IMG/VR virus record: IMGVR_UViG_3300020045_005222 | Location: 1 to 38,923 of that record | Length of the DNA stretch: 38,923 bases | Strand: one strand, 5' to 3' | From: a virus | Lineage: Duplodnaviria > Caudoviricetes | Shown: piece by piece, positions 16,779 to 24,923 of the stretch | Position numbering within the stretch: the stretch's first letter is position 1 | How the letters are laid out: each line of letters begins with the position of its first letter | Position numbers and translations under genes: made by a program | The notes under the pieces: generated by a model | Database searches by the model: none | What the model was told of the DNA's origin: nothing | What the model saw: only the letters and a program-made list of their open reading frames with translations

Positions 16779-17214
16779 TTTTATATTTTGATTTAATTTC
16801 TTTGATTAATTGAAAACGATAAACTTCTTTTTGTCTTTTGTCGAACCACTCCTGATTCAGTCCTAAAATATCTAATCCGTAACGGCCTACTAAATTATGA
16901 GTGTCGTTCCATCCAAAAATAAAGCCGCTTGCTAATGGCTTTAAAAATAACGTGCTTGTTGTTTTTCCTGTTAAAATCAAATCGACATTATAAAACCCCG
17001 CTCTTGGGTTTTGCTTATTTTTATCCAAAGCATATCCAAAAGAATGGTACTGCCCTATTTTCTCCCCGTTAGGTCTTAACCCTAGTTCAAAATCGTTAAT
17101 TTTCTCACTTTTTAACGCTTCCTTGTCTTTTAGTACTATTTCCTGTACTAACGCTTTTGTTGTCGTTTGATTTAGCAACGGCGTTATTCTCCTTTGATAT
17201 TCTGCTGGTGACAT
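16771..17214 (-). CDS. Putative tail completion / neck protein
   Basis: Basic 147 aa protein with a V.L..TG motif, in the tail module. Confidence 0.5.
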   Translation of the reverse strand: MSPAEYQRRITPLLNQTTTKALVQEIVLKDKEALKSEKINDFELGLRPNGEKIGQYHSFGYALDKNKQNPRAGFYNVDLILTGKTTSTLFLKPLASGFIFGWNDTHNLVGRYGLDILGLNQEWFDKRQKEVYRFQLIKEIKSKYKIA

Positions 17215-17422
17215 TGTGTTTATGTTTTCCGCAATCTTCGCACTTGCATTTTTTACTAATACTTGGGTTCTCTATAAATTCAGAAATTTGAGTTTCGTCC
17301 TTTTGGTTTGTATTATTTAAAATCCATTCCCTTTTTTCTTCTTTACTTAGTTTTAAGAAGTCGCACGCATCACTCTCAAATATGGTTATTCCGAAAATTT
17401 CAATACTTAATATCTTTTCCAT
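17105..17422 (-). CDS. Hypothetical protein after the major tail gene
   Basis: ATG start at 17422 (MEKILS), downstream of the terminator; overlaps the next gene by 110 nt. Confidence 0.55.
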   Translation of the reverse strand: MEKILSIEIFGITIFESDACDFLKLSKEEKREWILNNTNQKDETQISEFIENPSISKKCKCEDCGKHKHNVTSRISKENNAVAKSNDNKSVSTGNSTKRQGSVKK

Positions 17423-17435
17423 AATGTTTGATTTA

Positions 17436-17468
17436 AAAAGAAAATGCAACCAAAATTATGATTGCATT
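17436..17468 (-). terminator. Intrinsic terminator-like hairpin after the major tail gene
   Basis: AATGCAATCA/TGGTTGCATT stem followed by TTCTTTTT. Confidence 0.55.
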
Positions 17469-17495
17469 CCCATCCTTGTTAAAAAATTATTCTAC

Positions 17496-18413
17496 TTACG
17501 CAACCGCTATAATCGCTTCCGTTGTTCCCTCGTAGTATCTTGAACCTACCTTAGCAACCGCAATTGGAATTGTAGCGTCGTTTAGTTGTACAACCCAACT
17601 TTGAGCGGCTACTACTGCCGTTGTAGGTGTTAGCGCATATTCCTCAGTAGATGAATTGTAAGTAATAGCCGTAATAGTATCTGACGTTCCAGCTAAATAC
17701 GCTTTTAAATTAGCAATCGCCAATCCCAAAAGATTAGAAGATAAATTCATTGAGAATTTCGCTTTGATATAAATCTTATTGTCAGAAGCATCCGCACGCC
17801 CTGTCAATACAATATCGGTAATCGGATTAAGTTGATTTGCGTCAAAACCTAATTCGCTACGGTCAATAACATAAGTGTTTAAATTGTACTCGTCCGTGCT
17901 TGTTAATTGAATAACAGTATTTGAATAACCGCTTACACTTCCATCGGTGTGGAAGTAAGTTCCTGTGTTTAACATTCCTAAAGAGTACCCTCTTAAAGTT
18001 GTTCCGTCCAACGCCCCCGCAATAGAACCATCTTCAAACACCAAAAGAATTTTGTATGCTTGGAAGCTATTCATTGAATACAACGCACGGGCGTAACTCC
18101 ATCCTTTAAGGAATTTAAATGTAAACATCGGTAATCCATTACGAACCACTGACATAATACCGCCTTGATACTCCTCTGTTGTTGCCTCAGGAGTGCCGTT
18201 TACAACTTCAACTGCTCCAAGCACCGGAATAAACGTGTGGTCTTGAATAAAGTTGTTAGTTGTGGTTTCCGTAAATGTTCCTGATGTAATATCTACACTC
18301 CAAGATGGAGCAACGGCAATAAACCCTGTGATTCTGCCATTCTGTAAAATACAATCAGGAACACCTAAATTTTTAACTGACGTATCGCAGTTTTTTCTAT
18401 TTCCTAGAATCAT
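17496..18413 (-). CDS. Major tail (tube) protein
   Basis: 305 aa with N-terminal C....NLG...C, followed by a terminator and upstream of the chaperone and TMP. Confidence 0.7.
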   Translation of the reverse strand: MILGNRKNCDTSVKNLGVPDCILQNGRITGFIAVAPSWSVDITSGTFTETTTNNFIQDHTFIPVLGAVEVVNGTPEATTEEYQGGIMSVVRNGLPMFTFKFLKGWSYARALYSMNSFQAYKILLVFEDGSIAGALDGTTLRGYSLGMLNTGTYFHTDGSVSGYSNTVIQLTSTDEYNLNTYVIDRSELGFDANQLNPITDIVLTGRADASDNKIYIKAKFSMNLSSNLLGLAIANLKAYLAGTSDTITAITYNSSTEEYALTPTTAVVAAQSWVVQLNDATIPIAVAKVGSRYYEGTTEAIIAVA

Positions 18414-18426
18414 TATTTCTTATTTT

Positions 18427-18948
18427 TTAATTAATTATACATTTTGCATTTATTCTTAATCTGAATTTAATCAGTCTGGCATCTGTAATATCGACTATTG
18501 TCGATGGTGTTTTTGAACCGTTCGAGGTTTTCAAATCCTGACCTCCATCAATCCCAAAATTTGGCTCGTCTAAAATAGTATATTGTTTATCCAATGTTCC
18601 TGCAACTTCTACATATCCATTCAAAGAAAATATACTTTTAACCTTTTGCCATGTTGGCTCGATAATCTTGGTATAACTTTCCTCTTTACGTTTTGGATTA
18701 AACCAAGTACTTTCTGTATTTTGAAAAATATACAAACTTACATCTGTACTATACCACCCGTCAAACTCGGTAAAAGTGTTTAGAACGTACCAAACAAGCG
18801 GAAACTTTCTATCTATTTTACCTTTGTTGATTAACCAAGCGTTTAACTCTTTCTGGTCACCATATCCATAATTAATAGGATAATCAGTACCGTTGTAATT
18901 AATCGTTTGTTCATCAATCAAAATCCCTAAAGCCGTTGCAACAATCAT
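18427..18948 (-). CDS. Putative tail terminator / head-tail joining protein
   Basis: FPLVW motif; lies between the adaptor and the tail tube gene. Confidence 0.55.
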   Translation of the reverse strand: MIVATALGILIDEQTINYNGTDYPINYGYGDQKELNAWLINKGKIDRKFPLVWYVLNTFTEFDGWYSTDVSLYIFQNTESTWFNPKRKEESYTKIIEPTWQKVKSIFSLNGYVEVAGTLDKQYTILDEPNFGIDGGQDLKTSNGSKTPSTIVDITDARLIKFRLRINAKCIIN

Positions 18949-19580
18949 AACCCTAATTGATTTTTAAAACCGTACTCGATTAAATTACAATCAGGATAGG
19001 TTGTTTCGTTGTCTTTTAGGAACTGAACCATTGAAACATAATTCGATGGTGATTGACTAGCGTAAAACGTGTCTATTATCAATCCATTATACAATGAACG
19101 GTTTCCTGCAAAACAATCTCCCTGATACATTTGTACAAACTCGTTATGTGTTTCTACAAAAGTTTGAGTTGAATTTACATTGATTGAGTTTTTTGATTCG
19201 GCTCTTATTTCGCCAACCCCAGACATAAAACTGACATTTCCACGAATCCAATAACAATAAACATAGTGCGCTAAAATCGACGTTTTCGACGTTCCCTCTG
19301 TATATTTCAAACCTTGCCAACGATAATTTGTACCATCAATTACGTAAGTACAACCATCAACTAAGTTTTTCCATTTTTGAGGCGCTGTATTACTTAAAAC
19401 ACCGCTCACTATATTGCTGTCTAAATCAGTGAAATTATCAAACCCTAAAGTTCTCTGTAAAAATAAACGCACCTTTCCATCGATGTACCGCCCTAAAGCA
19501 GCTTTTTCACCGCCCTGTAACTCTTGCGTGTTAGGTACGTTGGTTTCATCGATGAAATAGGTTTCGTCTATTATATACAT
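18945..19580 (-). CDS. Putative head-tail adaptor
   Basis: MYIIDETYF N-terminus; position downstream of the capsid gene. Confidence 0.6.
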   Translation of the reverse strand: MYIIDETYFIDETNVPNTQELQGGEKAALGRYIDGKVRLFLQRTLGFDNFTDLDSNIVSGVLSNTAPQKWKNLVDGCTYVIDGTNYRWQGLKYTEGTSKTSILAHYVYCYWIRGNVSFMSGVGEIRAESKNSINVNSTQTFVETHNEFVQMYQGDCFAGNRSLYNGLIIDTFYASQSPSNYVSMVQFLKDNETTYPDCNLIEYGFKNQLGL

Positions 19581-19586
19581 TTCTTA

Positions 19587-19877
19587 TTAGTTTGCGATTT
19601 GACCGTCAACTACTTTAGGAGCGTTATACGCCTTAACGTTTTTCTCCCATCCTTTATCAATAATACCTTTTTTCTCCATAATCAAGGCAACAGTCGGATG
19701 TACCGTATCTGTTTGCCCTTTTTTGTAGTGTTTGGTATTCTGATTAATGGTTACTACCACTTTATCCATGTGGTGATTGCCTGTGTATTCAGCTTGTGAT
19801 TTTTGAATCTCTTCTGATCTCTCGGCTTTTTTTTCTTCGTCAACTACTGATGTAGTTTTTACTGCTTTGTCGCTCAT
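19587..19877 (-). CDS. Hypothetical protein downstream of the capsid gene
   Basis: Fills the gap between capsid and adaptor genes. Confidence 0.65.
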   Translation of the reverse strand: MSDKAVKTTSVVDEEKKAERSEEIQKSQAEYTGNHHMDKVVVTINQNTKHYKKGQTDTVHPTVALIMEKKGIIDKGWEKNVKAYNAPKVVDGQIAN

Positions 19878-19888
19878 AATATAAAAAA

Positions 19889-21166
19889 TTAAGGTGTTTC
19901 TGATTCAATTGCTGTTTTAACCGCTGCAAATGTTCCTTCAACAAAAGCCACTTTCGCATTTTCGTAACCCCATAAGTGGTATCTGCTTTCTCCAACAAGA
20001 GAATACATATTGCTTTCAAAATCCGAAATGATGTTCGCTGCTGTTGCGCTTCCTTGAATACCTTGACCGATACGAACCGTAAACGATTTATAGGTATCTC
20101 TATGGATTTGTTTCCAATCGCCAACGATAAAACTACCAGCTGCAACTACTCCATAAGGGTCTTCTACAATAGCCATTCCTTCAATACGTGTTCCGTCGGG
20201 TAATACGAAAGGAGGTAATACATAATTTTCGTTTGCGTCTTTTGTAGCTCCCATTGCGTAAAGGTCTGCTGATGGAACAACCGCTGCGTTAGGAATAAAC
20301 ATCCCTTTTGAAGCAATTTTAATAGCGTAAGCCGCTGCTCTTATTACATCGTAATTACTTGGAGCGTCTGTTGATGCCGCTAAATCACCCGCTACAAAAG
20401 AAGGAGCATAAGCTGCTGCAAAAGTGAATACGTCCGCTTGTATTGCAATATCGTGTTGGTAAACCAATTCATTTCTGATGATAGACATGATGTTTGGAAT
20501 ATCATCCAAAGCCTCTTCTGAAATTTTGGTACGCCCAGCCATTTTTTTGGCAGTAGAATAACGCAAAACAAACGACACAGAAATAAGTGGTTTTAACGCC
20601 CCTTCTGCTGTAATTTCCATTGTTCCTTCTGTTGGAATTTTATCCATGTAAGGCAATGAAGCCTTATTAGTGTTCCCGTTTGAAAGATATGGTAAAATGT
20701 ATTGTCTTGCTCTTGGGTCTGACATATAATCAGTTACTTGCTGATAAACATAATTAACAGGTGTTGCGCTGTTATTTGTTATCGCAGTAGTTGCCATGTT
20801 AACCGGAGATTTAATCTCTAACTCTAATTCCCATGCTTTTTCTCCTGGATTGTTTTTTGAGTGTTCTTTTACTTTAGGTAAAAACTCTTTCAATCCTTTT
20901 TCGATTACTTCCATAAGGTCGTAACCTTTTGCCTCGAATGAATGTGTATTTTCTTTGATTTGAGAAACTTGTTCTTTCAACTCTCCAAACATTGTTTTTA
21001 ATTCAGCATCGTCAAACGCTTTTGTTTCTTTTTTCTCAAATTCATCCATTCTATCTTGAAGGGATTTAAACTCTTCTTTTGTAGTCGCTTTCGCCAACTC
21101 TTCTTTGAAACCGTCGATTTTTGTGTTAATTCCTTCGGCTAATGCTTTTACTTCTAAATCGTCCAT
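19889..21166 (-). CDS. Major capsid protein, HK97 fold, with N-terminal coiled-coil delta domain
   Basis: AEGALKP, KISEEALDD, DANENY and IVGDW motifs; follows the protease. Confidence 0.93.
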   Translation of the reverse strand: MDDLEVKALAEGINTKIDGFKEELAKATTKEEFKSLQDRMDEFEKKETKAFDDAELKTMFGELKEQVSQIKENTHSFEAKGYDLMEVIEKGLKEFLPKVKEHSKNNPGEKAWELELEIKSPVNMATTAITNNSATPVNYVYQQVTDYMSDPRARQYILPYLSNGNTNKASLPYMDKIPTEGTMEITAEGALKPLISVSFVLRYSTAKKMAGRTKISEEALDDIPNIMSIIRNELVYQHDIAIQADVFTFAAAYAPSFVAGDLAASTDAPSNYDVIRAAAYAIKIASKGMFIPNAAVVPSADLYAMGATKDANENYVLPPFVLPDGTRIEGMAIVEDPYGVVAAGSFIVGDWKQIHRDTYKSFTVRIGQGIQGSATAANIISDFESNMYSLVGESRYHLWGYENAKVAFVEGTFAAVKTAIESETP

Positions 21167-21170
21167 TTTT

Positions 21171-21842
21171 TTAAATTTTGATATAGGTTAATAATTCTTT
21201 TAATTGAGTGTTCTTTGACGGCTCTTTTGTTTCAATAGAGTGGATTTCCGGCTCTAATATCATTGATTTTAATTCTCTTACTTTTGCCTCTAATAGCTTA
21301 CCATATTCATCTGAATAATTAAGCGATGAAAGTTTCATTTCTAATTCGTGAATTAGTTCTTTAGCGTCAGAATCTGACTTTATTCCATGTAGTGGTGTAT
21401 CTGAAACAGCCCCAAACAATAAAGTAGAATATTCAAACTGCTTTACTTCAAACAAGTCGCGCCCTCCTTTTTCGTTTCTACTGAATTTGCCCTGAACTGG
21501 TTTGAATCCGTGAGAATGTTGCATACTTCTACCATGCTCTTGCCCGAACTTATAATCTTCCAACAAATCTCGTGCAACTTGTTTTTTTAGATTTAATTGA
21601 CTTACTATTATACCGCTATTTGGGTCTTTACTTACTGGAAGTCCAACAAAAGTTTGCATACCCATTTTATGGTCAACTAAATGCACCTGAGAGCTTTCAT
21701 TCCACGTTTTTGTAAACGCTCCCTTTACAAATCTGTCGTTATCATTGTCGAACTGGTCAAATTGTGTAATTTGAATAGTTACTAATCCTTTCTCCGAAAC
21801 ATCTTGTATTGATGTCTTAAGGTTTTTAGTTTCCTTTTGCAT
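21171..21842 (-). CDS. HK97-type prohead protease
   Basis: D.DND...KGAF.KT, LVDH, HSHGF and EVKQFEYS motifs. Confidence 0.88.
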   Translation of the reverse strand: MQKETKNLKTSIQDVSEKGLVTIQITQFDQFDNDNDRFVKGAFTKTWNESSQVHLVDHKMGMQTFVGLPVSKDPNSGIIVSQLNLKKQVARDLLEDYKFGQEHGRSMQHSHGFKPVQGKFSRNEKGGRDLFEVKQFEYSTLLFGAVSDTPLHGIKSDSDAKELIHELEMKLSSLNYSDEYGKLLEAKVRELKSMILEPEIHSIETKEPSKNTQLKELLTYIKI

Positions 21843-23088
21843 CTTGTGTATTATTAGTTGCCGTAGCAGTTGTGTAATTCAATTCTGTTAATTTCAAATC
21901 CAGCATTTCATTAATTTGGTCTTTATTAACTCCTGCTTTCATATAATTTAAAAGCGTTTCTGATTTTATTTTCTCGGTTTCTGCTCGTTCTTTAGCGAAA
22001 ACTTGCATAAACGGTAAATGCTCCCAATCGATTAGAATTTCCTTGCCTTTGTAATTAAAGAAGTTCGCAAATGAAGCAAACCAGTTATTCCCTTTTGGCT
22101 GCAAACAATAACTTACAAATGCCCCTCTTGCTTTTTCTTGGTTTTCATAAGTTCCAGAATTAAATGCTTCTAAAACGTCTTTCGGATGGTTAAACATCGA
22201 ACCAATCAAAAAGTAATCATTCAAATAACAGTCATCCAATTTTAATGCGGCAATATCAGAAACAAACCTTTTTATCTCTGCCATTGATTTGATAGCGTGA
22301 ACATTTTTACGTCCGTTTATTTTGGTTTCAATGTCTTGCTGTTCAACTGTCGATAATCCTAACCCCTCTATTCCAATGTTTTTAGGGTCTGCTGCCCCAA
22401 AAATCATAAATTTACCTGAATACCTTACATTTATGTTTTTGGCATCTAATGCAGCTTCGGAATTACTTATTATTTTGTATAATGCATCTAACCTACTATT
22501 ACCCCCAAACCAATTTCCAACTCCATTTGTAATATCAGGATTATGGATTATATATTTCCATTGCAATTTTTGAGAAGTTCCGTCCGAATAATCGTAATCA
22601 ATATTAAAATTATTAATTATATCAATACTTGTTTTACTTAAAACTATTTTATCCTGCCACGTCATCATTTCTGTTGGGAATTTCATTTTGTGGTTTTCTA
22701 AAACATATAGTTTATTCTCAGGTGTCGCTATGTAACTATCCGCATAAACATAAGAATTACCTACCATGTGCCAAAACATCCAACTCCATTTAAAAAGACT
22801 TTCGTCTTGGAATGGGTTCGGGTTTTTAATCATTTCAAGGAACGGATCGGTTTCTAATGCTTTGCCGTTTTCATAAACGTAAACTTTACCTAAGCTAAAT
22901 AAATCACATTGTAAACAAATTACTTTTAATACTGCTGGATTGCTGAATATTACTTGCAACTTACTTAAATCGCTTGTTACCGACTTATAATTTGTTGTTC
23001 CGTTAATTTCATTGTTCACATACATTAAAACGTCATCCAATGCATTTATCCCAAATACGGACGCTATGTTGCGCTGTAACCAATTCAT
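21826..23088 (-). CDS. Portal protein
   Basis: PNPFQ...W...GNSY and TYENQEKA...Y...P motifs; 420 aa, upstream of the protease. Confidence 0.9.
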   Translation of the reverse strand: MNWLQRNIASVFGINALDDVLMYVNNEINGTTNYKSVTSDLSKLQVIFSNPAVLKVICLQCDLFSLGKVYVYENGKALETDPFLEMIKNPNPFQDESLFKWSWMFWHMVGNSYVYADSYIATPENKLYVLENHKMKFPTEMMTWQDKIVLSKTSIDIINNFNIDYDYSDGTSQKLQWKYIIHNPDITNGVGNWFGGNSRLDALYKIISNSEAALDAKNINVRYSGKFMIFGAADPKNIGIEGLGLSTVEQQDIETKINGRKNVHAIKSMAEIKRFVSDIAALKLDDCYLNDYFLIGSMFNHPKDVLEAFNSGTYENQEKARGAFVSYCLQPKGNNWFASFANFFNYKGKEILIDWEHLPFMQVFAKERAETEKIKSETLLNYMKAGVNKDQINEMLDLKLTELNYTTATATNNTQDAKGN

Positions 23089-23100
23089 TAAAATAAAAGT

Positions 23101-23136
23101 AAAAAAGCCTTACCATCCGATTTAGATAGTAAGGCT
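23101..23136 (-). terminator. Terminator/attenuator hairpin in the leader of the portal operon
   Basis: AGCCTTACTATC/GATGGTAAGGCT stem plus a T-run, ending about 12 nt before the portal ATG. Confidence 0.7.
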
Positions 23137-23216
23137 CTGTTAATATTCCGTTGGTACAACATCTTGATATGGGTTCTATGCATCTTCACATAGATTTATT
23201 TAACACAATTCAAAAG

Positions 23217-23274
23217 CAAATGTAATAAACTTTATTTACAAAATGCAATTACGTTAAAATAATTTTTACATTTG
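23217..23274. promoter_or_regulatory. Back-to-back promoters: TACATTTG on the minus strand (23217-23224, towards portal) and on the plus strand (23267-23274, towards the moron)
   Basis: Two identical TAnnTTTG elements in inverted orientation in an intergenic region. Confidence 0.65.
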
Positions 23275-23308
23275 CTAATATTAATTAATAATTTAAATCT
23301 TTTACAAA

Positions 23309-23746
23309 ATGAAAAAACTATTATTTCTGGCGGTTCTTATGATTTCCGCTTTGTCGATTGGTCAGGTGACGGGACCGAAATTAACCTATGCATCCGTTGG
23401 TAATTTGCGGAGTACTCCAACACACGCTACAACTGATACAATTACCAATACAACGGTAAAGTATCAGTATGGAATTATCAATGGCAGTAATCGCCACGTT
23501 ACATTCCAATCAACGCTCGATAAGATTTCGGGAACTGTTGCCGGAACGGTAAAGCCTCAAGGAAGTGTAGATGGTGTTCTTTATACGGACATCGCTGGGC
23601 AAACCGCTTTTACTTTGACCGATGTTGCTCAGCAAACGTGTACATTTGTGATTGCTCCTAGTTCGTACCAGTTTTACAGAATTACGGTAACACCATCAGG
23701 AACGCAAAGCACAAAGATTGCTACTAAGGCACTCATTCGGCAGTAA
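23309..23746 (+). CDS. Exported beta-sandwich protein with a Sec signal peptide; moron-like, the only convincing plus-strand gene
   Basis: MKKLLFLAVLMISALSIG|Q signal peptide, own promoter and own terminator. Confidence 0.85.
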   Translation: MKKLLFLAVLMISALSIGQVTGPKLTYASVGNLRSTPTHATTDTITNTTVKYQYGIINGSNRHVTFQSTLDKISGTVAGTVKPQGSVDGVLYTDIAGQTAFTLTDVAQQTCTFVIAPSSYQFYRITVTPSGTQSTKIATKALIRQ

Positions 23747-23764
23747 TTTGAAAATGTTGAATTT

Positions 23765-23797
23765 AAAAAGCCCTTACATTATGTTAAGGGCTTTTTT
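23765..23797. terminator. Bidirectional intrinsic terminator
   Basis: AAAAAGCCCTTA/TAAGGGCTTTTT between convergent transcription units. Confidence 0.85.
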
Positions 23798-23799
23798 GT

Positions 23800-23897
23800 T
23801 TGATTGACGCAACCGTGCGCTACTAATCTCGACTAGCGAGGAGGACTCGAACCTCATTTACATACCAATTCTCAATCAACGAGCAGAATCGAACTGC
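23800..23897 (-). ncRNA. Candidate structured RNA with two tRNA T-arm-like hairpins
   Basis: GCAG-TTCGATT-CTGC and GAGG-TTCGAGT-CCTC, two further short hairpins, and an 8 bp closing stem TTGATTGA/TCAATCAA. Confidence 0.45.
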
Positions 23898-23904
23898 AGT
23901 AATC

Positions 23905-24285
23905 TTAAATTTCTTTTAAAGTTAGTTCTTCACCAGTTAAAGCGGAATAAAGGTTTTGTAGCTGGTGAACGTATTGAATACTAATGCTTTGAAATACATC
24001 TTTGCCTTTTAAGGGTGATTTTGAAAATGGCGCAATATCAATATCATCCCTATAAAAACGAACTATAAATTGACCATCGAAATTATCGTTTTCTAAAAAA
24101 TAAATAAAGTACGGAAAATCTGTTTGAATTAATTTTTTGTACCCAAACTTCAACAACCATTCTTCTGTTAATGGAAGAGGTTTAAAGGTTTTGATTAATT
24201 CACCACCAAAGTCTGTTTCGTCGATTTGATATGTGGTTTTAAAAGCATAAACCCAGTTTCCTATTCTAACTTCTTTTTTGTCCAT
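23905..24285 (-). CDS. Conserved-type Bacteroidota phage hypothetical protein
   Basis: RIGNWV...PLPLTEEWLLKFG...YVHQLQNLY.ALTGEEL is a pattern I recognise from Bacteroidota phages. Confidence 0.75.
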   Translation of the reverse strand: MDKKEVRIGNWVYAFKTTYQIDETDFGGELIKTFKPLPLTEEWLLKFGYKKLIQTDFPYFIYFLENDNFDGQFIVRFYRDDIDIAPFSKSPLKGKDVFQSISIQYVHQLQNLYSALTGEELTLKEI

Positions 24286-24288
24286 AGG

Positions 24289-24633
24289 TTAAAATATATG
24301 TTTGTCTTTCGCTATCTTACACCCCTTACCTCTTTTGAATAGGTTGTTTTCTATTCTGCATCCGCAATCAGGTGTTTCAATTGGGTTTTCAGCAAATTCC
24401 ACAACTTTAGCTGGATCACTTACTGTTTTCACAACCTTAATTTCATCTAGTAAATTATTTACATTCTCAGGCATAATACCTAAAAATTGTTCGTTCACTT
24501 CAATATCATCAACAACCGCTAAAAACGGTTTGCGAATATCGTTAATGAAATTTAATACTTTATCTTTTGTTGATTCCGGCACTCGCTCTTGAATAAGTAC
24601 TGACGGCTCTGTAAATTTGTTTGGTCTTGCCAT
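24289..24633 (-). CDS. Hypothetical protein with a possible ribbon-helix-helix DNA-binding N-terminus
   Basis: MARPNKF.EP.V.I..RVP.S; Cys/His-containing C-terminus. Confidence 0.55.
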   Translation of the reverse strand: MARPNKFTEPSVLIQERVPESTKDKVLNFINDIRKPFLAVVDDIEVNEQFLGIMPENVNNLLDEIKVVKTVSDPAKVVEFAENPIETPDCGCRIENNLFKRGKGCKIAKDKHIF

Positions 24634-24646
24634 AATGTTAAATTTT

Positions 24647-24676
24647 AAATACCGTAACGTTTAAATTACGGTATTT
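24647..24676. promoter_or_regulatory. Perfect 11 bp inverted repeat (terminator or operator)
   Basis: AAATACCGTAA-N8-TTACGGTATTT, intergenic. Confidence 0.6.
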
Positions 24677-24682
24677 GGTTAA

Positions 24683-24922
24683 TTAATCTCTGCTTTTTTC
24701 AAACATCTTAGCAAACGGATTGTAGACTACCTGAGTTGTAATTAAACAACTTTTTTGCTGTTTGAGTGTTGTGTGGTTTTTAGTCACTAATTCACTCTTA
24801 CCATCAACAAAGAAAGTTTCTTTCACCTCGTCTAAATTTACAACTTTGTTTGCGCCTTGAACGTAATGTCCGCTTGTTGAACTTGGAGCTACATTAACTC
24901 CTTTTAACTGTTTTGTTTCCAT
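24683..24922 (-). CDS. Small partner protein of the DUF6745-like gene
   Basis: SGH...H...Q..YNP.......D resembles the small beta-strand proteins encoded next to DUF6745 genes; 1 nt gap to the upstream gene. Confidence 0.6.
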   Translation of the reverse strand: METKQLKGVNVAPSSTSGHYVQGANKVVNLDEVKETFFVDGKSELVTKNHTTLKQQKSCLITTQVVYNPFAKMFEKSRD

Positions 24923-24923
24923 T

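Noticed and set aside
16164-17422. Programmed -1 frameshift of the tail assembly chaperone (G/GT type)
   Set aside because: The ORFs overlap but each has its own ATG, and I could not pin a credible slippery heptamer at a junction.
19840-20145. Alternative-frame ORF overlapping the capsid 3' end (possible frameshift extension); likewise 35370-35552 inside the annealase gene
   Set aside because: No convincing slippery site or independent start was identified, and both are nested in other genes.
23776-23790. dif/XerD-like half site (TTATGTTAA) that might pair with the FtsK domain; similar TAATGTTAAAT near 24633
   Set aside because: No XerC arm at the correct spacing. The first is part of a terminator hairpin, and the FtsK fusion lacks the gamma domain that activates XerD.
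23800-23897. tRNA gene(s)
   Set aside because: Only T-arm-like hairpins are present. I could not build an acceptor stem, D-arm and anticodon arm in canonical order, so it is kept as a candidate ncRNA.
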